The notes under the pieces were generated by a model. That model was not told where the DNA came from. It searched no databases and worked only from the letters and a program-made list of their open reading frames with translations. A stretch of 64,000 bases of DNA from Tubiluchus corallicola. Its lineage: Eukaryota; Animalia; Priapulida. The translations under genes were made by a program, and so were the position numbers. This document shows, piece after piece, positions 13,094 to 27,908 of the stretch (positions are counted from its first letter, which is position 1; every line of letters begins with the position of its first letter). Location: assembly GCA_030141605.1 (NCBI GenBank), contig JAQGDQ010000129.1, positions 70,781 through 134,780 on the forward strand. Reading direction: 5' to 3'.

Positions 13094-16000
13094 ATACATG
13101 TCGCACGCCTTTATACGTGCATGTAAAAAGGGTTTGGTTATTTTAAATGTTAGCTGTAGACTCACAAAACACAGGCAAGAAATGTGTTTACTTACTTCTG
13201 CATATTTTATTCTTTAAATCAGACACGAAGTGCATAAAAACGTATACAAAGTGAATAGTGAATAGTAATGATCTGTGTAATTAATTTCAGTGGTATGTGT
13301 CTGTATATATAACCGACGAGGCTATAGTTCGATATTATTGTCGAATGGGCGAGTTCATGTTTGCAGGTTTTTAGTTCAGTTTACAGCAACTTTCACTAAA
13401 AAAGAAGAACAAGAGATTTCTGACACCAGCAGTATGATAATTCTTATCATATTCTGAAGTACTATTGCATCTATGAACGCCGGTGCACCCCCATACCCGG
13501 GATGCCTGAATATAAACCGTCTGAATGAGCAAATTAAAACAGTCTAGGATTTCCAATTTTCTGTGTTGTGCATGCTGCAGCTGTTTTCATTCCCATGCTA
13601 ATCATAGCACACAAAATTAAATTTAATCAGACGGAAAATTTGTATTTATTACGGGAACATCACGTGGTATATTGCGCGGTTGAAAAATCCCATAAATCAC
13701 GAAAACTTACAAGCATTTCTTAGTGTAATGATTTCCACCTGCAAGTCCAACTTGAGCTACTTAAATCTCTCTAAAAAGAAGAGATACTAAAACTGAAACG
13801 TGCGAGCTGTGAATTTTATCCTTCGTGTATTAAACATTTATAGCTTGGTTTTAAAGTTTCTCTTAATACACGCAGAACTATTATTTGTAACACGCCGTAT
13901 GGATTTTACTTACAAAGAACGAGTATCTTCCAATGGTGTTTGGAGCGAAGTCCAGACTAAGTAATAAAAATATCCATTGAGCTATGAAAAGATTTGTCGA
14001 TATTATATTTTTGGAAGGATTTGATTACGGTTTAGCGTTCTGTTTTATTACAAGTCTCTGAAAGGTAGTTTATAACCTATCTGTTACAGAGAAACTGCTC
14101 AGAAACAGCTGCCTATTGTGTGAATAGAATGTATTGACTGCTGCGAGAATCAGAGAAGACTTTACCTAATAAAGATCTATTGATCAGTTCCATGACAAGT
14201 TTGTTTTAATAAAACACGGTTAAGGCGACATCTGCATATAAATTCCGTACACATCCAGGCAAGCAGTTCACAGTCCCGTGAAAATAATAATAATAATAAT
14301 GCAGATCTGCAACAATACACGCAGACAATGCATGCAAGCTTGAATTTCATGATATAAAAGTAAACTAACAATGTTTTAATATGTAGTGAAGGATCTGTCA
14401 TAAGCAGGAACCTAACGAACTCAATTTTAGCTTCCATTTACGCCAAGCAGGGTTTGTCTATTAATAATTCCATTTGGTATTTGTGACGTAATGAAGCCAT
14501 CCGTCTGCCAAGAGGAGATGCTACCCAGAAAGAACTGAGTTCATACAAACATAATACGTTGCCTATAAATAAACCTTTTATAACAACCCGTATGGCACAA
14601 CGTTACAGGTAATCATAACTGCTGTACATACAAATTATTTCCCATTTTTAATCAAAGTTAAAAAACAGATATTTCGCCACTCTCTGCATTGTTGTCATTC
14701 TAATCATTCTTATAGATATGTTAAGATATATAATTCTCCTTATGTTGTTTTTTTCTGAAATCAAGGTGCTTAAGGCATGAATTTAAAACTTAAGAGTTAA
14801 ATAAAATTTGTTTAGTTGGTACAGGCTCTGTATGGAATTTTTGTAGTAACATAATGTATGCACACCTCCAAGTCCATTGCACGCATGGAAGGCTGGACCA
14901 TTAATATTTAATAACTACCGACGTCTAGAGACTTGATTAGAATAATAAATCAATTGTAACGTGTAATTTGAGCCTACAGTCAAGACATTCGAGTTTCCTG
15001 TATCCAGTACAATATGTGCTATATCAGGAAATTTAGAGAGCATAAGTGTTTTGAATAAATCACATTAATTTGTTACATAACGTCTTCCATGTGAAGAACC
15101 ATTAACGTATGAAACCGCCTGTCGTGATTTATCTACCAAAGTTTGAGCAAATGTGACAAAAACGCGTGAAGGAGATGAGAAAACTCGCCTGATTTGTTTC
15201 AACAAATTTTTATTTTGTAAGTGTCTGTGTGACAAAATTTCTGTTTTCAAACGTATAAATACGAATAAAACAAAAATTTTGTGACGAAAAACCGATATTT
15301 CGGAACTTTTGAACATAATTTTGTGTACATAGTTAAAATTTATTTGGCTGACTGTACAAGGCAATTCGTTCGACAAAGTAATTGTTTAATACAGTAATTG
15401 TTTAACTTGCGAATATTGTGTGCAAGTTAAAATACACATCAACTGGTGTAAATCAACTAAATTTGAAAAATTATATCAATTCCAATAAGTAATTGTCTGT
15501 ATGGTGTAGCTACCATATGCCATATACTGGCCCAGGCGCACACAGAGAAATTAGCTCAACATTAACATATTCCTGCCAACCAAAGACAAGAATTTAGTAA
15601 GTTAATATTGTAAAGAAGTATTGACTTCTTAGAAACATCGTACATGCAGTGGAGAACATGGTCACAGCACGTACAGAAACATGCCTTTTCAATCAAGTTA
15701 AACAAGTTTCTAACAGTTCAAAAAACCTACCAGGTCATATTCTGACGCGAAAAAAAAGGTACATAAAAGAAGCGTTGCACTGTACAACACTATCATTTTT
15801 CAATGAAAAAAAACATAATGATAAAAACAGGCAAGGCTCTATAGCGTGACGTAAGCAACTCGAATATGCAAGTTGCACACGCAACTTCGCAATTCGCCCA
15901 CGTTCGACTCGCCGTCTATAAGTCAGAGGTTCTCAATCGCAGAGTTTCAGCTCCCCCCCCCCATGCAATCAGGTTTTCTTGCAATCCATATTTTACACAG

Positions 16001-17299
16001 TTCCTCCGCTACTTTGTCGATTAGCCTCTTCCCCATATACTTTCAAGGTGGTAATTTTTGACAACATACTTTCACAGTTGAATCAATGAAATGTAATTCC
16101 CTTTTAAATTGCAATCAAATGAAAAAAGAAATCCTTATTTCGTTGTGTCAAGTATTGCCTAAATATTTTATTAGTGAGGCTGAATACACTCTATTAAATG
16201 TCATCAAAAGAAAAAAAAGGACAACAATGATATCTTCGCAGCGCAAAACTTTCATTTGAGTTTTAAAACTCTCCTTAGCCTGTATGTAGTGATGTTGACT
16301 TGACATCGTACACGTATAACATGTGTAAAAGTTCTTTTTCCATTGATTGCAATTGAAAAAGGTATTTGGTTTCATAAATATAATTGCGAAAGTATAATGG
16401 CTATCATATAAAATACCAATCTGCATAAATTAGTCTAAGTCTACATCATGCTTCATTCTTTCCCCGTTCTGCTTTTTTCATGCGACTGAAATTCCTCCAC
16501 AATTCCTCACAGGAAGAAAATCTCCTCTTTAGATTTCAAGTCCCCCTAAAGTTCAAGTGCTTCCGTTTGGGAATCCTAGTGTAGAAGGTACTAAAAAGAT
16601 CGTTGCCCAACCACAGATTATGAACCTGATGACAGTGCGAGCATGTGTTCCCTGATTACACATTTATGTTGTCATAAATCAGTTACACAATAGTGACAAT
16701 GCTATGGCGAGTATAGGATAACTCCCAGGATACTCGGTTGTTTGCCATTTTGTATGCTTTACTCTCCAGGGTCCATTTGCAGAGTTAAGTAGACTTCCTG
16801 GAATGACTAAGTGTTCTTTGCTGGGAGCAAGAAATTTCTCATTGGAAAAGGTTCTATTGATTTGCTCATATCAAATCTACACGAACGCTTATAGCGTGTG
16901 TGATAATTCAATGGTTCAAACGTTTTCTTGGCTATGCCGATTGCTCTGCTTTGATTTGATTTTCTTCTGAAACTTGTAACGTTCAAGCAATTTGCAATAA
17001 CGATCGCTAAATTTGTATGGAAAAAGTTAAAATAAAACAGGCGGTAGTCAATATACAGGTAAACAAATGTCTGTCGCGTTTTATTAAACCAGTCAGCTCA
17101 ACCAGTCAGCTCAACAAAAAGTGTACATTCATCCTGTTTAACATCTTTAACTGCAAGATATTATAAAGGAAACAACACACATATGCACTAATAAATCTTG
17201 TACATATAACCAATATTACTCGATACAAAACTCAAAACGTCTTTGTCGACAGATTGTGGTATAATCTCTTACTATATCATTTGGTCACCATATTTCTAC

Positions 17300-18436
17300 T
17301 ACATTACTTCTTCTGAAACTCCTGTATATTCACGAGATCATATAATCATCCTTTGATAAAATCTGAAGATTTCAGTTAGTGCAGACATAAAATGGTTTGT
17401 AATGTATGTAATACTATTACAAAAATGGGCTTTCTTAAACAATTAAAATACAATAAATTATTATGTTTGAGTCTGTTGCAATGCCTAGATCACAATATTG
17501 AAACTATAGTAATTCAAATACTAAATCACAGGATACAATGTACAATTGTACACTGTACACTTTAACAATATAGCTTACAACATGTCTAACTGTATTTGCG
17601 CAAAATTTGGGACATACGAATCAGTGATAACGACAATCAAGTTAGAAAATTACATGAACGAATTACATTAGTTTCCTAATAAGATCGTCTTTTTTAAAAT
17701 TGACAAGTGATCTGTTTGCTTCCAACAATAAAAACGCTTTTAGTTTGAAATAAGATTATGGTTTTTGCATGTATCACACATTAAATTTGTTCCGTTACAG
17801 ACCAAAATGCACAGGTTGACGAAGACGTTAATCCTTTAGGTTGTTGCAACAAAAATTATTCACTCAAACACTCCCAGGCATATTTAAAATGTTTCCAAGC
17901 TTGAGGCGCAAAAAATATTCTTTCCTTCTCTTTTTGACGAAGTACTCACGTCTGACATGGTAGCATTAACTAGAACTTTCTAGAACTTGCTTGATGATGC
18001 AAATCCTTCCATTTTCGCAAAAACCTCATCTGCCTTCTTTTTCTAGTTCCTGTTTTTCTTCACAATAGCTGTAATTCGTAACTCGTTTTCAGAGGTCTGA
18101 GTAAAGTAAACTCAGTAAAAAGTGGCAACTTCAACATAGTGCTATATACTAAATTCAAAATATTTTAAATTTTTGAAATTATCGTGAATCATCTAACGTC
18201 GCTATTTTTAGATAATTTCCAACACACGAACCAAGACACAAGGAAATTGCCATGATGTGCAACATGGCAAGCTTGACAGAAGTACCTGCATTTGCAAGGA
18301 ACAGGCCCGTACAGTGCAACAATGAAATTTCGTAAACTGAACAGGAAGCAAGAATGATGTCTAGTAATAGTCAAGCTGGTTAGTCTTACCTATTCACGCA
18401 GGCATGCGGTGCATTATCAGCTTTATAACGTTGGTA
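17300..18436 (-). pseudogene. Possible spliced gene end or pseudogene with weak EF-hand/NCS-like resemblance
   Basis: Phase-compatible exon candidates 18436-18390, 18336-18286 and 18068-17950 (donor GTGAGT), plus one starting at 17362. They read YQRYKADNAPHACVNSLRNFIVALYGPVPCKCSYCEEKQELEKEGR*; the shifted frame gives KKADEVFAKME. Confidence 0.3.
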
Positions 18437-19555
18437 CTAATCAGAACTCTTAGATAAAAGGTCGGAGAAAATCAATGGACTTTTCATGCAATGAGTCACA
18501 ACAACACCCACTGACAAATCCTAATTAGTTTCTCAAAGAATCCTGTCCGCTTTATTACATGAAAAGGCAGGTGTGTTTTATAATTAATGGCTTAAAACGG
18601 CATTAATGATATGATAATTTAGTGCTAATTTGATATCGACCTGTGGTATCTGTAGATTCCGAGAAAAACTGAGCAGCGGCTATGCATTTTTACCGGCTGT
18701 GACGAAACTGATTCGGAGAAACCTAAAATTAAATATTTAACGTTAGTCTGTAGCCGCGATCTTATACTATAAATATTTACAACTGCGGAGTGGACTGAAT
18801 ACGTATGGACTTATACCTATCATTACCCTCCTCTAGGTATTTTTTCTTCAGCTGTCTTAAAGCAGGTGCGTTTAACTTCGAAACATATTAAATAGCAATA
18901 CTGAATTTGCTTCTTTTTCATTTCTAAGCATCTCGACTATAAATGTTTTATAGCAACACACGTTTGTTACTGACCAACTTGCTTTAGTTGCCAAAATTTT
19001 TCATTTTCACCAATGGTAGTTTTAATTACTTAGGTTGAGAGTAATTCAATAGTAAGACAACATTAATACAAGCTTTTGCTAACGTCATTAACAAATTTAT
19101 GCGTCTCATAAGGCACGAACTGAAAGCTCCGACGAAACCCCCAATTAATTGTTATTATGGCTTGTCATAAAATTATCACGCCAATATGTGATAAATTCAA
19201 CATAAAGTAGAAAGCATTTTCAGTTTTATGGTTCAGCGCTCATACGCCACGATTGCGAACAACTTGGAACTCCAATGGTAGCCATCAATTCTTAAACTCG
19301 ATTATGTCACATGAATCCATAAATAATTGCCAGTGTGGTTCATTAACTGCATGGTTTTCTCATTAATAATCTGTGACGTAAAGCAACAGTCAAGTACCTA
19401 GCAAGGCTACATTAGTTTTCTTCGAGACAATCACCGTAAACAGTGCAACACGAATAAACGGCTCAAACTCTTCCTCTTGAAAAATTAACATAGACAATAT
19501 ACAAAATAACGATTATGAAACACAACGCAACGGCATAACATAACGTAAGGTAAGG

Positions 19556-19758
19556 AACACAACACAACATAACATAACATAACATAACATAACATAACAT
19601 AACATAACATAACATAACATAACATAACGTAACGTAACGTAACGTAACGTAACGTAACGTAACATAACATAACATAACATAACATAACATAACATAACAT
19701 AACATAACATAACATAACATAACATAACATAACATAACATAACATAACATAACATAAC
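19556..19758. repeat. (AACAT)n pentanucleotide array with an internal (AACGT)7 block
   Basis: Directly visible; the variant block spans 19626-19660. Confidence 0.99.
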
Positions 19759-20482
19759 TTAATCTTTATTTTATCTTGACACACACACACACACATGCAG
19801 ACATTATATATATGATCTTTTATAAATATTTTAATAAATATATATATTTTTATAAATATATGAAGAAAGGACAGCAAAAGACCATTTTGGTCATCTAGTC
19901 AACTGCCTCTTGATTAGTAATGATCAATTTACTGGCGTTGTTCTATTGCTTTAGTAAGGAATACTTGTATAAAATCAAAATTTCAAGAGAAGAAATAAGG
20001 CATCACGACTAAGTGATAACAGATGAAATACCTGACAATGAATATTATAGCTACAGAATGTTAAGTTATAATACTTGAAAATAAAATAAACCACAAAAAA
20101 ATTCTACAATTTTTGACATAATGACAATTAAAATTAAGATTAGTAATGACAATGGTATCAGTGACAAAGCAAGTAGTAATTGATAACATCAATTTCATGA
20201 ACAAGAATACAACAATCAAATAGCAAGTAATAATACATAATAAACTAGTGAGAATTGTATAACAAAAAACCGAAGCAATAACCGAAAATAAGTGTCTGAG
20301 AACTGAAAACGTAATGACAACTGAAGTATACTTCAAGCACAACCTAATTTTGATTTGACAATCATAAAAAAGGTCATGCCAATAATGACACTGAAAAACA
20401 ATCATAATGTATGTATATTATAGTATACGTATAGTATATTATATATATAATGTGTAATATGCATATTATAGAATATATAATG

Positions 20483-20490
20483 TCTCTCTT

Positions 20491-20537
<47 letters not shown>

Positions 20538-20562
20538 CCTATATATATATATATATATATAT
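20483..20562. repeat. (TC)n followed by (TA)n microsatellite
   Basis: Directly visible. Confidence 0.97.
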
Positions 20563-22998
20563 GAAATATGAAATATATCAGTAAACGTGAATATAGTCTG
20601 GATAATACTAAGATGAACAAGACTGTACACTTTTTAATAAACATCTTAGATCTTCGTGAAAATAACAACTTCAGTTTTTTAAGTAACTTAGACCTGAACG
20701 ATATACTTGAATGATGCAACTGTTTGATTTCTACGTACTAGTAAATTCCACTCTTTTTTAGAATGTGGAAGATTGAAATTGCAATTGTCAAAGTTAGTCC
20801 CTCAGTTTTTGCATTGCAGTCTATGTAAACTTTTCGTGCCTTAACTTTTAGATGCAAATTTGTTCCTTTGGCACCGTTGTGTCCATTTTTGTTTTTGTAT
20901 GTTGTGCAAGTGTGTTATAATAAGGCTACCGTTGCGTTCTTTTTCTGTATTAATTCACTAACGTGATCGTATTGTTTGGGAAAAATACATACGAACGAAT
21001 GATAAATAAATAAATAATATAATTTAATATGAATAATATAAGTAATAATAAATAATAAATGAACTTATAAATTTCAATCCCGGGCATATGAGAAACTGGG
21101 TAAAAGGGGTCATGCGGAAACTAAAATACAAAAGTGTACTTTGTAAATTACAATAAACTGCGTATAATAGATCTGTGAAGAGTTCAGACGTGTTAAGTCG
21201 ATGACTTAAGATGAAATGGGTAGCTATCAGAAGACAAAAACCCTGGTCAGCTGTACGGAGCGATTGACATTATAGTTGCAATCCAAAGCAAATGAAATTC
21301 GTAAACTATGCAAACTTGAAATTCGAAATGGCAGCGCTTTAAGGTCTTCTTCAAGAAACCTGTGATAATCTTTAACATAATCTCTAACATTAACATCATC
21401 TGCGCTATCATAATTTCATTGATGTCACTGCCGTCACTGCTCTTCCGATTTCTGTAGCTATTGCTGCCACTACCAATATGATCATAACAATCTTTATGGT
21501 TAGTGTGTATAGCAGGCCAAATGTGTAGTATTTATTAGAAATATCCGGTTTTTTTGACAAGCTTTTGCTCCAAAAAATCTATCGTTTTTGCTAACAATTC
21601 AGTTCTTAAGCTTGACTGTTGCTTTTGCTAGCCAAACCGAAGATTTCTGAAATTCTGAACGAAACAAGAGTTTCTGAATAAAGCCTACTATCTCCATACA
21701 CATGGTTAACAGACGAAATATACAATTTGCTGGGCAAAATTAGGTTTTCACTAGCAAAACCCACTGTTCTGGAACTAGGTTTTGTTAGCTCATATGTCGT
21801 GCTCATATGAAAATCTGCCTTCAAAACTGGCAGAGCTGGGGCCTCTTCGTCTTTCTTGTGAGTTGTATTAAATCAACAAGAGCAAAAAACAATATTAGAA
21901 ATTTTGGTAAGCGCATAACAAAAAAGTGTGAACTGGCGTGGTCTTTCAGTATACCAATAAGGCAACAACACTAACTTTTGCCATTACCTCATCACAGCCG
22001 TTGTCATTGTCGTTGTTACAATCCTATACCTTCTCATAATCATTACTACTGCAAGAAGAAACTACCAAAAATTGTAATAAGCATTTCGAAACAGTTTGTA
22101 ATAATTTTTATTGTGATTTAGTAGATTTTGTATTTTTGTGTGTACAGTAATTTTTTAATGTGTTATACGTCAATTTTATATGCTAAAATAAGCGGTGAAT
22201 TGATTTGAACTGAATTCGTAAAGAAGTGCGATAGCAATTTGTCGTCAGTTTGCGTAAGTCAATGACTTTTTACTCAATCTGATAGTAGAGCGGTTTTATC
22301 TGTTTAAGTGATAAAAGTGAATATGACTACTGTAAATTTGGCAATCAGTATTTTAATAATTGGAAGGAATAAATCACACTAGAGTTTGTTTCTATTCGAC
22401 AATGAATAAGCGGAAATCTCAAACAAAAAACAAAGCTGACTCAATCACTGAAGTGAAATGTTAGGTACTCAGCCAAACAAACGTCATTGAACAAGGTGAA
22501 TACGAGCAGTTCTTTCCCATTGTGCCCTTAATTAGTTCCATTGATTCCTGTGGAGCTGTATCCGGCGCAGCACATAATGGTTATTATAACAGAGGGCACC
22601 ACTGGCAGATATGGCTATATTCCTACTATACACCGCTCTGATATGGCACAGAACGTAGATCACGACACCTTTAGGAAGCTGTCATTCTCATGTATGTGTT
22701 GAAGATTACTGACGAAAAGGTTCTCAGACTGGGCGATCGACCTATGGATCGTCAACAGAACTTTTATAAGTAGTAACGGTTCATGTGCTTTTTCAAGACT
22801 GACTGTGAAGACGTTTTCTCTTTTAAAAAAAACCTTGTAGTGTCGCTTTTATATATTTCTTTTCACATATATTTATTCATTTTCTTTCCAGCCTCGACAA
22901 TGTCGGTATTTTCTTTCTTATATTTGCTTTTAAAAATCAAAATGGTTTACAGCATGCTACTCAAGCTACAAATGAGCAAGCGAGCAAAGCCCACAATC

Positions 22999-23674
22999 TT
23001 AAAGCAAAACCGGATCTAATTTTAAACCTTAAGTCGAAGCAATCTACTCTTTAAAATATGGAAAGGAAACACACTATTTTTTCTAAAATGACTTACGTGA
23101 AAGAATCATTACCACACAAACACAATTTCGCATTCGCTCTACTAGCTCTTCGCAGTTATTTGCATTTCGCCATTCTCTAGTTGGTCGGGCACTAGCGCCT
23201 GCATTTCGGAAGCGCATTACACAAAAACTTGTACTGTACCTTTCACTTCAGATGTGTTAGTTTCTGACGAGCTACGCACGTTCGACGGCTCATCTGTGAG
23301 CAAATTTGAAATTTGAATTTTCATCTTAAAACATACCTAGTTTTAGTACAACACACCGAATATCTTACAGTCAATTTGAAATTTGAATTTTTATCTTAAA
23401 ACATAAGTACAACACACCGACTATCTTACAGTAGCACTGTACTGCACTGTATTTTCGCTTTCGCAAACACGTGCAACACGCTCATAGAATATTTTTGCTG
23501 TTCAAAATCATGTTAGTTTGTGGTGTCATCAATAGTTGGGCTCGCCCGCCGTTAATAAGGTTTTTAATCTATTATTTAATTATCAGAAGCGTTTTTGCAG
23601 TATTAATCGTTATAAAATACATACTTTTTATCGGACTCGAAAATGGGGTAGTAGGTCATCCTGTCTTCCTTTAA
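22999..23674 (-). mobile_element. Kolobok-like family 1, full-length non-autonomous copy
   Basis: TTAA at both ends and imperfect 14-bp TIRs (AGCAAAACCGGATC / AGGAAGACAGGATG). Internal tandem duplication at about 23302-23432. A TTAA target duplication with purine-purine termini is the established Kolobok signature. Confidence 0.85.
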
Positions 23675-26600
23675 ATGAAAGCTAGCTAATTGGAAGTTTT
23701 CTACTTCTTCTGTAGTAGAAATTCTTAAAAAAAATAACGCTTCTGGAAAATAAATTGATACTGACGATTAAATTAGCCGTTTAAGCTGGAGTCAGGTTGT
23801 TCTGTTCCCATGTAAGATTCCAGTATTGGTGCTGCACTTCAGGTTCTACCGACTTTACCAAATGAACCAAGGTAACATATGTGTCAGACAGAACATTAAC
23901 TGTTGTCTGAGTACAGCAAAGATCTTTAGGTAACCTAATTAATTAGCTACATGATTGCGCGAACGTACTGTGCCTTTCACATACTTAGCTTTATTACTTA
24001 ATTAGATTGGTTGGTTTGTCGCTACAGCTGAAGTAATTTATTAATACAAGCTTTAATAATTAATAATCTAGTACGAAAAATATCGATACAAAGCAGCGTG
24101 AACTCATTTATACAACGGCTGCATTTGGTAAGAATCTAACTGTCTAGATGTTCGTGCGCCTCACCATAATAATTGAAAGCACAATTTTTTCCATAATTTA
24201 TAATTTAGTTAAATGTACTGGTATTTGTTTGTGTGTATGTGTGCGTGTGTGCGTGCGCGTGAGTGCGCGCGTGCGTGTGTGTGTGCTCATGGTTAAACAT
24301 CTAAATAAGTCCAGGGCGGCTCTAATTCACTCTGTTATTCAGAAAAAGAAATAAAATATGGTGCATAAAACTTTTCATACTGCATCGATACTCTACAGTT
24401 ATTTTTAATCATTCCTTGTCGTTATTTCATTTTCGTATCAACAGGTATTGTACTCAAAACAAACTACAAAACATTCTTCTTTGCAAGATAAATTTTTATT
24501 TTTTCGCGTTTAATTTTGACACACGCAGTAATTCTAACTAGGCAGAATTGTCGCAGAAGAGGGATTAACCTGGTTATTTGCAATAGAAGAAACCTTGGAC
24601 TGCTTGCTATTACATTCCGTCAGAGACGGCAGATGTGCCACTAATCAATTATTTTCCATTGTCATTTGGCTAAATTGCTCAATTACTTTGCAACAGTTAA
24701 CTTTTTGTTTTAATTTATTTCCATTTTTATTTATTGTTAAGTTATTTTCACATAACATATAGTAGTGAAAAGCATTTATGTACAAAAACAACCAGTTAAA
24801 ATTAATTAAGATATAATAAGCCGAAAAATAACTGTAGCATAGAAATCACAGAAGAATTGAAATACAAAATCTGAAAAGAGAAGTTGGGTTATGGTTTAAA
24901 AACACGAAGCGGTTTCCTTACTTCATGTGTCTATCGAAAGTTAGATATTGACTGAGATCGATATTTTTATCTTGAATTTCCTCTTTGATTGTGAAAAATG
25001 TTGCAATAGCCTTAAAATTAATACTGAACGTTTTTAATTAATTGCCTGTGGATTATTAAAATTAACTGAAAAATTTAACTCTGCGCTGGCAAAATAGGTA
25101 GTTAGGTGAAATGACGTCCAAAATTCAGTCCTGACTTTCGCATCTTGTCTTTATTCATTTATTTTTTATTTCACTAAGTATTCTTCAATACTCGATGTTC
25201 CAGCCCCAAACAGGGAAAAAATAAGGAATGGTAATATATATAATGCTATTGTACTAACTATTGTAAAATAAGTGGAAAACTCGAAAACCGTCGTTCTCTA
25301 CTGGAACACAAACCCAGATCTTCTTCCGGACTGCTCTGGAAACCGCTACATCATAGAGAAATTTCGTGGATTCAAAAAATTACCGTGTAACATACTGATT
25401 ATTTTCCCCCAGAAAGTATGATGAGAAATAGTGTAATGATGGTGTTATCAATAATAATAATTAATATGACAACCACGTTATTGTCATATTATCAACTAAA
25501 CCTGAAAATAAGTATTAAAAATGATTCAGTTGCCCTTTAAACCCAAGATTTAGGAATTTAAGTTCTGGGGATTGGTTTGTAGCATTCAATTTTGTGCGCG
25601 ATATGAAGCCGTCTGATTAACTTGTGAATGCGGAGAGGTGACCCAGAAAACTCGTCACGATACAGGTGTACAAGGTAGAAAACATTTGAGCTTTGGTACT
25701 GGACCTGAAAACATTACATAGGTCAGACTTTTCGTAATGGCAGTTTTGCTGAACATTCGAACGAAAATGTTTGTCCATTTTACTACTTTTGATTGCTGCC
25801 GTCATAGTTGATGGATGATGATTTTGGACAGTCAATGGACTCTCAAGCACCCGATGATATGGTAATAGTACTTGTGGCTGGAGGACTACCGGTTGAGCGA
25901 TAGACGAGAAGGACACGACAGTTCTCTTGTTTATTTGAGGCCAGCAAAAGGTGTCTAGAGCTTCAGACTATCCCACGGGATCCCGATCAGTAAGTTGATT
26001 TATTCTTTGCCTTACTATGCAGCGTGTAATGGGTACAGATGGACTAATGGTATTCACAGTTGATAAATGTTCAATATAAACGTGATCCTACACGAGTTGA
26101 AGTCATGTCAGACATTGAAATTATGCATGAGGTTTAGTAACGAAATGATTCCTGGATGCTGCTAATTTACACGTGACATCACAGCTCTGAATGCTACTCT
26201 TAACCCGTTAACTTGCTAGCATTTCCCCAGGGGTGGCTGGTAGTTAAGATAAGCCCTTAGACGAACATTTGCTACGGTTAGTTTAGCTTATGTCCAATGG
26301 AAATGTTACCAAGACATTATAATATGTTAGTTACGAACACTGTTTATTTTTGGTGATGTTGCTTAATTTTGGTTTCAATTTTGCCCAATAACTTTTTCTG
26401 ATATTTTTGCCAATGTTTTGTTTCGATATATTGTACAATAACGGCGTATTTCATCGTTTTGATTTTCGTGCCTAATATTTTGACATTAAACGTGATTACA
26501 GTATACTATAATTATTATTGTTGCATCATTGTCCTGTTGCATTTAATTCAATTAACCGATAAGTGCTAATACAGAATCCCACAAGAACCAACACCCTCTT

Positions 26601-27361
26601 GAAGTGCTAGCGCCCCCCGTAGACTACCCTTGCTGCGAAGCCACTATCTGGAGTTTGTGGGCAGATCCCTCTTTAAAGTAAAATTTTATGTAAACTTTTT
26701 GCTCGGAATTTCCAGTGACTCCCTTACATCTAGTCAGGCCTGCCCCATCTGCACTAGTCATAACATACTGCATGACAATATGCAAACAATTAAAACTCAC
26801 CACGAAGGCGGACAGCCTATACATACTCTATGATTAATTTATTGGAAACAAGTGAGAAAAAGAGAGAATAAAAGTGCACGACATTCATTACAAACGCGAG
26901 TACCTTTGAACTACAAAACTCTCTTCCACGTGGCAATGGGCAATTTCCTTTAGAAGAAATCTTCTACAGCAAGAAGAGTTCGTTTGTCGACGAAGCAGCT
27001 GAGATTGCAGCTAATAGTATCTCATTACAATTTACATTTATTGATTGCATTCACGACTTGCGATGACTGAAGATCTTTACTTATTAACAGCGAAGTTGTT
27101 ACAAAAGCAAACAACACGACGCAAAAGTCAAGAAGTTGAATGATCGTGTCGAACATGTGGCTTTTTGTGTAATCGTTTATTTCAGATAAAGCAGTTGGGT
27201 ACTAATTACTTGTATTTTCATTGTGGGTTACATAATGATTGGTTGCAGATACTACTTGACAGACTAGAGTCAATAAAAATTAAGCTAGAAAAGTAAAAGT
27301 ATAGTTACTTAGAGTTCTTGTTTTGTTTTGCTTTTCCAACAATAGTCTCTGCCTAATTCAC

Positions 27362-27908
27362 TTAAAGAAAGACTAGATGATTTTTCATGTGCTATTCCCC
27401 CGTTTTCAAGTACGGCAAAAAGTATACATTTTAACACGATTAATACTGCAAAAGCGTTTCTGATAATTAAATAATAGATTAAAATCTTAATTAACGGCAG
27501 GTGATTATTGATGAATTGAAGTGCAGAGCTACTGTAAGAGATTCATTATGTTATACTGGAACTCGGTAAGTTTTAAGATAAAAATTCAATTTTCAAATAT
27601 ACCACATGAGCTGTCGGACGTGTGCAGTACGTCGCAAACTTACATCTCTAAACTGGGTGGTACAGCTGCTTTTTTTGGTGCAACGCGTTTCCGAAATGCA
27701 AGCGCTAGTGCCCGTCTAACTAGCGAATGGCGAAATGCACGTATAACAGCAAAGAACTAGTGGCGCGAACGCGAAGTTGTCTTGTGTTTGTGTGGTAATA
27801 ATTCTTTCATGTAAGTTATTTTTGAAAAATTTGTATGTTTCCTTTCAATATTTTAAAGAGCAGATTGTTTTGACCTACAGTTTAAGATTGGATCTGATTT
27901 TGCTTTAA
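27362..27908 (+). mobile_element. Kolobok-like family 1, copy with both ends and an internal deletion
   Basis: TTAA-AGAAAGACTAGATG...GATCTGATTTTGCT-TTAA. It is the reverse complement of the 22999-23674 copy and lacks a segment near 27510. Confidence 0.85.

Noticed and set aside
17340-17362. Selenocysteine reading of FIKG-TGA-LYD
   Set aside because: The upstream exon has other stops or a frameshift, and I could not identify a SECIS element.
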